Virus record (IMG/VR): IMGVR_UViG_3300036806_000484
Span: 4,821-68,820 of that record
DNA length: 64,000 nt
DNA from: a virus
Direction: 5' to 3' (one strand)
The position numbers and the translations under genes are program-made. The notes under the pieces were generated by a model. The model worked only from the letters and a program-made list of their open reading frames with translations. It ran no database searches and had not been told where the DNA came from. Numbering within the stretch: position 1 is the stretch's first letter; every line of letters begins with the position of its first letter. This document shows positions 8,171 through 20,200 of the stretch, in pieces.

Positions 8171-8292
8171 AGCGGCCTTCCACCGAGCATCGTTCCTCCT
8201 GGACGGTTTCAGGACGACTACGTGGTTAATCGGGGACGCCACAAAGTAGGGGGTTTCATGAAGGCGTCCACTAGGGTTGCTCCGAGTCGCGG

Positions 8293-11200
8293 TCATCGCC
8301 CCACCCTGAGATGTTGTGGATGAACGGGCCGCACCGGACGGGCGACTCCACCGCCGGCGTGGTTGGCTTCCTTCTGCTCGAGGATCGGCTGCCAGAGCGC
8401 CTTTTCCTGCGGTGTCCCCACGTTGTAGACGTTCTGGGCTTCCTCGAAGTTCAGCTGCCTGAAGCTGCTTACCCGCGGATCCTCTTCCGTGCCCCGCATC
8501 GTGCTCAGGTACTGGAGCCTCGTGATCTGGCCGCTGTTCACCATTGAGTCAAGCGCCATCTGGGCGGTCTGGTCGCCGGCCTTGATCCGGCGTCCAATCT
8601 CCCGCCTGGCGTCGCGTAAGGCACCCTGTTCCGGTGTCGGTGTGTCCTGGCCGCGCCGCGAGAGGTAGTCGTGCATCATATTCACTGCGTCGGACCCCTG
8701 ATGCTCGGCCGGCGCCGACGTGATGCCCAGCATGCTCTGGACGTCCCCGCCGTACTGGAGCCCGATCGGCTTGAACTGCTTGATGGAATGGGCGAATTCC
8801 TGCTCCGCCACCTTCCCCGCGTAATGCGGCAACGCCTCGTTCGGCTCGCGCGGGCTATGGATCATTCGGCCGCTGAAGTCGCGGTTGTCGAGCACGTCGA
8901 AGATGGCCGTCAGCAGCGGGTGGAGCTTGTTCTTCACCGTCTGCCAGGGGCGGCTCTGGAAGTCGATCACGTCGCGCATGTAGGACGCGAACCAGCGCCG
9001 GTGCGGTGTACCGTCCGGGTTGAGCGTGCCGTCCTGGGGGAAGTAGAGGTCCTTCAAGCTCTCAGGCGGCTTCCCTGACGCCAGCATCTGATAGATGGCC
9101 CCGGCCATGGCGATCGTCGCCGGCAGGGCAATCGTGTAGGCCAGCGGATGCGTCAGTCGCGGGCGCTTCAGCGGCTCGCGCGCCTCGCCCTCGTCCTGGA
9201 AACCATCCTCGTCCGGCGCCGACTTCGGGCCCTTCGGGCGCTCGGAGGTGCGGCCATTGAGTAGGTGCCTTACGTCGGCCATGCCTCCGCCCAATTCTTT
9301 TCCGGACCCCACGTTCCAGCCCAGCGAGCGCACCGTGACCATGCCGAGGTCGCGCATCAGCGGGTGCCAGAACAGGTAGTTTACCGACATCTGCCCGAGC
9401 CGGTTCTCGACCGAGTTCCAGACCTCGCGCGCGATCATCCTAGCGTCGTCGTCCGTCGCTCCGTCTGGCATTCTCGAGAGTTCGTAGCGCATCAGGTCGG
9501 CAAAGACGCCCAGTTTCTGGAGCGGCACCAGGCGCTCCATGATCGGGCGAGCCACCCACTCAATGAGCCCCGGCGCGGACCACGCAGCCGCGCTCAGCGG
9601 GTGCTTCTGACGCAGCGCCTCCCAGAACTTGGCCGCAGCGCCGGTCTTATAGAAGCCGTGCTGATCGACGCGGCCGCCGGCCACCACGAGGGCGTGCACC
9701 AGCGCCTGCATCTCGGGATCCACGTTGCCGCCCGAGAGGTAAGCGTTCCTGAGCTTCACGCCGCGCAAGAGGTTGGCGACCGGAGCGATCGGCGCCGCCG
9801 CCCAGGACGCCAGCGCCTTACCGGGATCTCCGCCCATCATCTGCTCGATGCCAAGCGCCACCTTCGAGACCACCACGTCCATCGTTGTGAACATCGCGTG
9901 GAAGGCGGACAGGCCTAGCTGCACTTGGTTGAGCACGTTCCCTATGCCGCGGTACGCCGAGTAGAGCGCGTTCTGCTGGAGCCCGGGCGCGAGGGATCGG
10001 TTGATGGTGTCAGCGGCCTCGGGCTCGGCGTAGTAGTGACCGCGCACGACGAGGCCTCCGACGGCCTGGTCATACTGCGCTGTCTCGATCACCAGCGACG
10101 GCTTGATGTCGAGCAGCGGCCGCAGGTCAGGGTCCGTCTGGAAAATCTTCGTCAGCGCCGCCTTCACGGTGGGCGCGATCTTCTGCATCAACTCCGGCGC
10201 GTACATGAGTGCGTGCACCGCATTGGCGATCTGCTCCGCGCGCCCGCGCACATACTCCTTGTAACCCTGGGTCGCCGTGGCTTCGCTCCCCTGGAACCGT
10301 GCGTCGGCCAGGTCGCGCAACTCTGAGCGCATCGTTACCCTGCGCTGCCGCTCCGCATCGCGCGCCGCCTTGATCTTGGCGTTGTCGCGGTTGATGGCGC
10401 CGTGCTTGGATTGCCGACCACTCGCCTTGTCGATGACCGCATCCACCAACTTGTCGTGCGCCGTGGCCGGAGGAATCAGCTTCTCCATGAGGTGGTAGCG
10501 GACGTCGAGGATGTGCCCCAGTTCGTGCATCTTGACGCCGTGCACGCTGCCACTGCGCGTCGCCATCAGGTTCCCGCCCTCGGCGAATCCCGGCGCGCGA
10601 CCGCCGATGTTTGGGCCGTGCTCATGCGTGACGCCGTGGCGCGCGATCCAGTCATCCAGCGCCTCGTTGACCATCCCATCGACCGCCTCGGAGACCTTCA
10701 CGTAGGGCGACCCGAACACCGTGAAGATGTTGTCTTCGATCTTTTTCATGTCCTTGGGGGGCGGCATGAGCGCTGATCGGAAGACGAAGCGGCCAGCCCG
10801 CTTCCCTTGCGCCACCAGCTTGTGGGCGAGGATGTAGCGGTCCATCTCGTGGAGTTTGAGCAGGAGTAGATCGGCCGGGTTGGTGCTCACTGGCCAGCGG
10901 GATCCGGACTGCCGCGCCTCCTTCAGCATCTTTGCAGCTGTCTTCCCGTCGCCGGCCATGGCGGCCGACCGGAAGGCGTTGATCCGGTCCGCGTCCCCGT
11001 CGAAGATGCCATCCAGCGTGGTCGGGATCGACCGGTGCTTCGTGAACGACTTCCCTCCCTCGATCGGCCGCCGGCCTACGACCTTGCCGATCTGGGCCTC
11101 GCGCGCTCCGCGCTCCCAGATATGCTCCATGTAGTTCTCGACCAGCACCTCGAGCTTGCCCGTGCCGAGCGACCGAACCTGCGCGATGCGCGCCTGGCGC

Positions 11201-14200
11201 ATCCTGTCGAACAGTTCGGCGGCTGCGGGACGATCGCCGCCGTAGGTGTCCGGGCTCTCAGCTTGGTCGATGAACATGAGCCGCTGCCAGTCGGCCAGCT
11301 TCTCGAGCTGCGCACGGACCTGCTTCACCCGCTTCTTCGCGAGTTCGTCCCGACGCGCCAGCCGGCCCTGCATCTCGCGGTACATATCCGCCACCTGCCC
11401 AGCCTCGGGCGTCACGGTCGGCAGGGCGAAAGCCTCCTGCACCGCCGAGCCGATCTTCGCCAGCTTGTCCAGCGCAGTCCGGACCTCACCGGTGTGCATC
11501 GGGGGCGTGGCGCCCTCCGGGGCTGGCGAGACGTCGACAAGCGCCGGTACGTCCAGCGGCTTGCGCTTCGCGCGTGGCCGCACCGGAGGCGGCGCGGTGC
11601 CGCGGCTGACCGCCCTGGCTTCGTTCACCTCGCCGCCCTTGGCTGGGCCCTGCGCCGGCGGGAATCGATCGAGGAGTTTCTTGAGGTGCGTATCGTCGAG
11701 CGGGACGTACAAGAAGGTCCCCACCGGCTCATAGCGCGCGTAGCCCTTCAGCACTCCTTGGTGCTTCGAGAGCGTGGCGCCCTTGATCTGGACCTTGTCG
11801 TCTCGCCGCGGGTGCAGTATCCACTTCTCTCCGTTGGCGCCCATGATCGGGACGTTCTCGCCCAGGCGCAACGCGGCGATAGCGTCCTCGGCCGTGGCGA
11901 TCGTCGCGCCGGCGCCGAAGGCGCTCGCCACCCGGGAGCCCTCGGCTGGATTCAGTACCATGCCAGAGATGACCGCTCCGGTCTTGTCGTCGGTGAACTG
12001 GCCGTAGCGGCGGCTGCGCGCCTCGCCGTACTCGTGGCCGCGGACGCTCTGAATCGTGATCATGTGGTCGGTCACGTAGCCATTGAGCATCGCGCCCTTG
12101 CCGCCGGCTGCGTCGACGGTCTCGTACATCGTCAGCGGCGGCTTCTCTGAGAGCTTGATCGACCGAACGATCTCCCCGTGGGCCCTGGCTGTACGCCTGG
12201 CGGCGGAGGCCTCGGCTCGCTCCCCGGTGGTCAACGCCTCGCGGTTCGCCACCCAGAGCCGCATGACCTCTTCGGCTTCCTTCGTCGGCAGCATCATCAC
12301 TTCGAGCAGGAACTTGCGGATGTCGATGCCGTCAGGACTGTGCTTCGGCACGTACATATCCGGCGCGCCATGGCCACCCTTCCGGAACTCCACGAAGGTC
12401 GAGCCGGTGAAGTGCTCCTTGATCGAGCCGGGCAGCTGCTGGTAGGCGAGGCGCGCGGCCTCGAGGGAGATGTCACCGCCCATCTCGAAGCGCTCGAGCG
12501 CGTCGGCGGCCGAACTGGACTCTGCGGACCCCGTGCTGCTGGCCCCCAGGGTTGACATGCGCGCCGCGATCGTCGCGGCGAACTTGCGCTCGCCCGCGGC
12601 GTTGGACGCCACCAGCTCGATGATGGGCTTCGACTTCTGCCCGGCGCGATCGACCCGGCCCAGTTCCTGCCAGAAGGTGTCGGCGCTCCATTCGTAGTCG
12701 GCCACCAGCATGTGACGCTGCTTGCCGTTCACGTCATGGAGGCTGATGCCGACCTTGCCGGCCGGGCTGATGAGCGCCACCGGACGCGCGCCAGACTGGA
12801 ACTCGGCCATCAGGGCGCCGCGCTTCTTCTGCGCCACGCGGCCGGTGATCGCCGCGACTTTGGAGGCGCCGAACCGGTCCTCGATCGTCCGGACCGGATC
12901 CCGCAGCGGCACTAGTTCGCGCGCGCGCTCCAGCAGCTTGGCCTTCTTGACCACCGCCTCCGGGATCTCTCCCAGGTCGATGTATTCCGCGTCCTCGCCG
13001 GATCCTTCCTTCTCCACCTCGCGGGTGTTGATCCGGTTGATCGCGGCCTCGAGCCGCTTGTTGACCGGGACCTCGCTGTCAGCGGCAGACATGCCCTCTT
13101 CGAGGTCGGCGTCGCCTGCGACCGAGTGGACGCTGATCACCGGCTGGCGCCCGGCCTTCAGCGCGTCCTCGGCGGCATCGAGCACGTCGTCCAGGCGCAG
13201 GTCGAACAGCACCTGCTTGAGGTAGGACTGGATCATCGCCCGGTCGAGGCCCATCGTCTTCGTCTGCTTGTTCATCTGGCCGAACTTTCGGCCGGCGCGC
13301 ACGATGTCGCGGGAAAGTTCTGCGGCCGTGTCGTACCGCTTCCGGTCCTTCACGCTCTTGGTGCTGTCGCCGAGCAGGTCGATCTCCTTGACCCGGAACA
13401 CGACGCCGCCACGCCACAGGTCCCGCGAGATGAACTTGCCCTTGCCCTTCAGCTCCCGGACGATCTGCTCGGTCTCCGCCGGCGTCACGCGCGTCGTAAA
13501 TACGTCCGGCCTGGTGCGCATGAACTTCTTCTTCTTGCCCGGCTCGATGTCCTGCCCCTCGGCGCCACCCGCCTTCACGGTGGGCCGCTCACCGACCTCG
13601 GCGTCCTCTCCCTGCTGTGCGGCCGCGGCGGCATCGGCCGCCTCCTGCTCTCCCTCGGGCTTCTCAGGTGGCGCGTGACCCGTCTTCCGGTCCACCCAGT
13701 CGCTGAAGCCGCCGATCGGCCATTCCTTCAGGCCGTAGAGGTAGGCGTATTCGTCGAGGGTAACGCCAGGCGTCGCCGTCAGGTAGGCAAACTTGCCGCC
13801 CTGCTCGAGCATCTGGTTGTGCAGTCCGCGCCACGCCATGCCGCGTCCGGCGAACTGGTTCTTGTAGAGGTGGGCCTCGTCCGCGATCCAGACCTTGGGG
13901 TTGATCTCGGCGAGGGCCGCGGCGTAGGCCTCGAGGTTCGTGGCCTGGACGAAGTAGATGGCCGCGCCCTTCGGTTGCGGCAGTGACTCCGTCCCCTTCT
14001 TCACGCCCTTGTAGTCGCTGACGCGCACGAAGGTCGCCGGGAACTCCCCATCTTCCTTCCCCGAAGATACCAGCCGGAACTCGCGCATGGCGTCGTCAAT
14101 GTTCACTTCGTTCTTGGTGGAGTAGATGATCGGCCCGTAGTCGCGGGCGATCGCCTCGAGGGCCAGCGCCGCTGCCTCGCGCGTCTTCCCGAGGCCCACG

Positions 14201-17200
14201 TTGTCGGCGACGAGGATGCCGTGGTCGTTCTCCCAGGCGGTCAGGCCGTGGAGAACGGCGTCGGCCTGTTCGTCTGAGATGCCGCCTTGGTTACCGGGAC
14301 GGCCCCATGCAGCTTCGACGAGTGGGGATTTGAACCCGGCGTCGATCGGCGGGGACGGCATCCCGCCGAGCGAGCGGGTCTCGACTACGAGTCGCGGGTG
14401 GGGACGCCGACGCTCGGCAGTTCCGAGTGGGTAAGCACTAAACACCGGGCTATCGTTTGCCGCCTCGAGCTCAGATCGGCGTTCCTCAGAGTCTCCTGTT
14501 CGGGGCTCAACTCTCCCCCGAGCCACTCCAGGAACCACTGCTTTCTTTCCTCCGGGCTGAGCGGCTTGGGATCCTTCTGGGGCCACCACGTCGGCACCCC
14601 GTCCGGTCCCAGTTGCAGCGCCGCCTCCGGATCCTGATGCGGGTCGCTCGGATCCACCGCTGGCCCCGCCTCGCTGGGCTGGAGCGGATGCTTCACGATT
14701 TCCAGCAGCCACTCCTCCAGCAGCTGGGGGCTCAACGGCTTGGGCGGTACCACCAGTCTCCTCCTCCACCAAGGCGGCGCGCGGCTTCTCTTTCGGCGGC
14801 GCGGTCTCGGTGCGCTTGACGGGGGCCACGTTCTCGGCTGGCTCATGTCCACCGGTCCGGCGCAGGTCGCCGGAGCCGCCGAGTCGCGCCACCGCGTCCA
14901 TCCACTGCTCCCACGACGGCTTGGTGACCATGGCGATGTCGCCGCCCGTCGCATCGGTCGGTGGCTCCTTGTCGACCACCACCATGACCGTCCCGAAGTC
15001 AGTGCCCCGCGTGCTGTAGGCGCCCTCCGGGCTCTCCAGATACATCCTAACGTGATAGTTCTCGCGCAGCCACTTCCGGAACGGCGTTGAGCTGGGGTTC
15101 AGCGTCCCCTGCCCCATGATCGCCACCAGTCGGCCGCCGGGGATCAGGCTCTCCATGGCAGCATAGACGAACCTCTGCGCCACGTCGTTCGAGGCGAACG
15201 GCGTCGCACCGAAGCCGCTGTACTTACCGGTGTTGGCCGCGCCGAAGGGCGGGTTCATCACCACCGAGTTCACGCGCAGGCCGGTCAGGGGCAGTTCGAG
15301 TGCGCTTCCGGTCATCGGGTGGAAGCCAAGCTCCTCGAGCAGGTGCGCGCGCCGCGGGTCCAGCTCGTTGACGATGACGTTCTGCGCGGCCGGCAGCATC
15401 GAGATGAGGTTGCCGGTGCCGGCGGTCGGCTCCAGCAGTTTCTCTTGGGTGATGGCATCCGTCGCCCACTGCGCGGCCGCAGCCATCGGCAGCGGCGTCG
15501 AGAACTGCTGGTTCGCCAGCTTGTCGGAGCCGCGCGGCGAGAGCGGGACCATCTTCTCTTCGACCTCGCGCATCGCCTTCAGGTAGTCGATGATGCGCGT
15601 GCCATCCCACTTCATCAGGTCGATGCGACCGAAGGTGTTCTGGACCCAGCGGTTCAGCGCCACCTCGACCGCGTCGTACAGGTCGTCGGTGCGCCACGTC
15701 CCGCTCGCGTAGTCGCGACCGAGCACCTGGCCGGCCCACTTCCGGAGGTCCTGCGCCTTCTTGGGCAGCGAGCGGTCGATCAGGCTGTTGAGCGCCGCGT
15801 CGGACAGCTTTGTGAGATCCGCGCTGCTCGCCCGCGTGGCGCCCTCTTCGATGACCGACTGGACGCCGCGCTTCGACGTGGCCCCGGGTGCCGGTGCCTC
15901 ATTGAATTCTTCGGTCTCGGCCACCGACGGCGTGCTCAGCTTCTCGAGATCGGCGATGAGGACCTGAATGGCGCGCTTCGTCTGGCCCTCGCCGATGTCG
16001 ACGTAGGCGCGATGAAGACTGCGATCCGCCTGCTCAATGTCGCCCCGCTCTAGATCGGCGGCGACCTCCTCGAGGTAGCGTGCGATGCGCCGCGGCTGAC
16101 CGCTGGCAATGTCGAGCGCCTCGGCCGACAGGTTGCTGAGCCGCTGGCTGACCTTTTTCTCCGCGGGAGACGGCTCTACTACTCCCTCCTGCGCGGCCAT
16201 CTTCGCCAGTTCCTCGGCGCTCATGTCGTTCAGCATCCGCTCGTCGTCGGATCCCGGCTCGGGCGCCAGCCTGCGGATGATCTCCTGGCGCGCGGCCTGC
16301 TGCTGCGGCGTCAACTGGTGCGGCAAGGTCTCCGTGGCAGGCTTCGGCAGCGGCTTCGGCGGCGCAACCATCCCCGGCTCGACCGCTGGCGGCAGGTCGC
16401 GCACGTTGCCGACCTCGCTCGCCGGCTCCGAGGGGATCGCCTCGGGCCGGTATACCACCTCGCCGTTAGGCCCGCGCGTCGGCACAACACGGCCCTTGTC
16501 CGCGGGCTTCGGCGCCGGCGCGGACCATCCGCCCATAGCCGTCATGGGGTGATCAGTGATCTGCTTTATCCTGGCCTTCAGGATTTTTACGATTTTCTTG
16601 GCCTGCTGAGTCTCCTCGTCTGTGGCGAGCCCTGCATCAAGCATCTCTTCATGGCGCGCTAGTTCCGCTTGGGCACGGGCCATGTCGAGCGAGGCGAACC
16701 CCTGCTCGTTCGCGCTCAGCGGCGGGGGCACCTTTACGGCTGGCGAGGCGGCAGTCTCCCCGTTGAAGAATGACTCGATCGCCTTCTGCGTCGGCTTGAT
16801 ACCGAACTTCTTCGCGGTCGCGCGGATCGCCGGGCCGTTGGTCACCGTGTAGTTGCCGGACTCGAAGGCCTTCCGCATCGCGGTCAGCACGCCCGGCACC
16901 TTGTCGAGCCCGTAGGCGTACTCGGTCGGCCTGGTGCGCACGGCGTTTTTCAGTTCCTCGCCGTAGACGGTCATCCAGCGGTCGACATTCTCGGCCCGAC
17001 CCGTGAGGCCTTCCGGAACCGACTCGCCTGAGCGGTTGATCGTGTGCGGGGACTCCGGCGCCTGCCATCCCTTGGTCGGCGCTGCCGGTGCATAGGTCGG
17101 CGCTGCCACCGACGTCTCGCCTGGCTGCCCCACGCCGAGCACGCGCCGCAACTCGTTCAGCAGCTTCGTGCCCTTGAGCATGATCTTCGATCCGTCCGTC

Positions 17201-20200
17201 TGCTCCAGCGACAACCGCGGGTTCTTGCCGCCCCAGTGCTCGAAGCCGGCCATCTTCTCCGAACCGCCGGTGCCGCCCATGACGCCGAAAGCCTCGCTGG
17301 CGTGCTGGCGAAGCTCCTCGTCGCTCAGACCGTACTCCCGCGCCACGTCCCACTTCGGGGATCCGCCGCTGGTTGCGCGCCACACGGCGCGATCGTTCCG
17401 GTCGGTGATGGCTTGCTCGCGCGCGATCTCGTCGTTGGAGTGGCCGTGCTCACTCTCTCTCAGTTCGTGGTCGATGACGCTGGCACGGGCCCGCAGGATC
17501 TCCAGCACTCCGCCGCGCTCACCGGTCTGCTCTCCTGGCGTGGCGCGCGAGCTCTCGAGGTGCAGACGTTCAAGTTCGCGGCGCGCGTTGACCGTATCGC
17601 CGGTGTGCGCCAGCCGCGCGGCCGTGTCGATCCGGGAAGACGCCGCGCGCAGCGCGGGGTCGGCGATCGCGTCGGTCTGCGGGCCTTCTAGCGCGGCGCG
17701 CATGTCCTTCATCTGGTCGCGCACCTGTCCCGAGTAGGCGTTGCCCCATGACTTGTCGTATTCGGCCAACATCTGCTGGGCGTCGTCGGCCGACTCATGG
17801 AAGCCGCCGCGTGCGCTGACCCGGCCCACCTCATCAGGCGCGGCCATCGCCTCGATCGTTAGCCCGCGCAATTCGCCCATGCGGTTCTCTACCAGGCTGT
17901 GAAGCGGCATCATCGCCTGGGCGGGCGTCTGGTGTTCTGGCTGCCGCAGGGCCGCTTCTTCGCGCGGCATGTGCTCGATCGCCTCGGGGAAGAATTCCGG
18001 CTGCTGCTTCGCCTCTTCCTCCCGCTGCTGGATCGCGTGCTCCAGGGCGTCGTCCGGCTCATGCGCTGCGGCCATTTCGTCGTAGAGCGCGCGCGCGTCC
18101 CTCACCCGGCCGCCGCGCATCGCGTCGAGGATCCGGTCCTGGTAGTCCCGCATGTCGCCACGCTCGAACGGATAGGCGTCGTCGCCCAACGTCGGCCTGT
18201 TCACCGACTCGTCGCGCTCGAGCGCCGTGGTGCCGGCCCTCTGCGCCTCGCCGCGCTGTTCCTCTGAGATTCCAGCGACCTCGGTCTTGGCCTGCTCCAG
18301 CGGCTTCCCGCCGCCCAGCAGGTCCTCGAGCTTGAAGGGGGCCGCTGCTGCGCCGCTGCTCGGCACTGCGCCCGGAGCGACCGGCGGTGGGGCTGTGGCT
18401 GGCGTGGGAGCCGCTTCAGGCTCCGTCGTGGCGGGGCTCTGGATGAACGCCGGGATCTCAGCCGGTGGCTCCGTCGGCGGGGCCGGAATATCGATCGGCT
18501 GGGTCGGCTTCCCTATGATGGACTGCCAGTCGCCGCCGGCCAGGCGCGCCTCGCTGGCCCGCTCCGCCACAGAAGGCGAGACGTCGGGCCAGATGTGCGA
18601 GGAGCCGTCCGACAGCCAGACCGTGGCGCCGTTGCCGTTGCGCTCCACCCGATCGATGGTCGGGCGCTCGGCGGCGGCTTCCTGTGGGGCCGCAGGAGGG
18701 GCTTCGGCTGCCGGAGCCACAGGTGGCGGGGTTTCGGCCGCGGGCGGCTCCTGCACGCTGGGAGCCCTTGGGGGAGCCGCTTCCGGAGCCGTCACGCCCG
18801 GCATGTTCGTAGCTTCCGTCTGATACGCTGCCAACGGGTCGCCTGCCTGCTGTATCCCTCTCTGGATAGCCGACCGCGCCTTCGCCACGGCTGCGCGCTC
18901 TGCCGGCGTCTTGGCAGCGCGAAGCTGGTCGTCTGTGGCGCGCAGCTGCTCCATCAGCGGGGCGAGGCGAGCCTGGACGGCCTGCTGATCGGACAGCGCC
19001 GCATCACGAGCCTTTGTCATCAGCCGGTAGGCATCTGGATCCGGTTGCGCGCCTGTGTCCGGGTGATACTGCATCACGGCTCGGCGATAGGCGCTCTTCA
19101 CGTCCTCGACGCTGGCGTTGGCGTCCAGCCCGAGCGTGTAGAACGGGTCGCCGGATCCCGCGCGCACGATCGGCGAGGCGGGCGACGTCAGCGACTTGCC
19201 GGCCGTCATGATCTGGGCCTGCTGCACCGCGCCCGCCCACGCCTGCCGGGCCCGCTCCATGGTGGCTCGAGCTGCGGCCCCGATGAAGGGCTCCGCTGCT
19301 CCGAAGCCGACACCGGCCGCAGTCGCCTGGCTGACGTTCTCGCCCAGCTGCTCGGCCGTCGGGCGATCGGGGCCAGCGAGCTCCTTGCCCGCCTCGTAGG
19401 TGCCGAAGCGCGCACCCTCGGTCACGCCGGACTCCAGCGCTCGCTCTCCGATCGGCTGGGCGGCGTGGGCGACGGACGCAGCGACGTCGGCTGCCGCTGG
19501 CGCTCCGGACTCCAGGACAGCCTCTGTCAGCGGCGCTGCTTCTCCGCCCACGGCCATCGGCAGCATTCCAGCGGCTACGCGGGCGAGGTCGCCGGCGCCT
19601 TGGGCAATGCGCTCGGGAAGTGGAGCGCCTTCGTCGGTCCTCCCGACCTCGTCAATGGCGCGGCGCTTCATCTCCGACATCGCCAACTGATCTTCGAGCG
19701 CCTGAGACCCTGTGGCCGCGGCGCCCGCCTTCAGTAGTGCTTCTCGCACCGGCTCCCCAAAATCCGACCACGCCTGTCCCACACCTCTCGCGATGGAGTT
19801 CTCGCCAAGATTGCGCTCGTACCCTTCCCTCGTCGCCGGCTCGGCCGCCGCCGCAGCTTCCTCCGCTTTCCCGCGGCGGATCGTGTCACCCATCGCCCCT
19901 TCAACGAGGTCGGCCTGGTCAGGCCGTTCGCCGAACGGCCGCGCCTGGACGGGCGGCATCGTAGCGGCCGGAACCGTCTTCGGCGGCGTGAGATCCATCC
20001 CCGGAGTCACCGGCGCGCGCCCGAACCTCTCGTTCTGCGCCTCGGCACCGAGCGTCGGACCCTCGGCTGCCGGCGGCTGGAAGCGCACCGGGGCGACATC
20101 GAGCGGCTGTATCTCGCGGGTGTCGGCCTGCTGGGTGGCTTCGGCGGCGGCGGGGCGCGGTTCGAGCGCGGGCGCGGCGTGCGCGCTGGCCTCGAGAGAG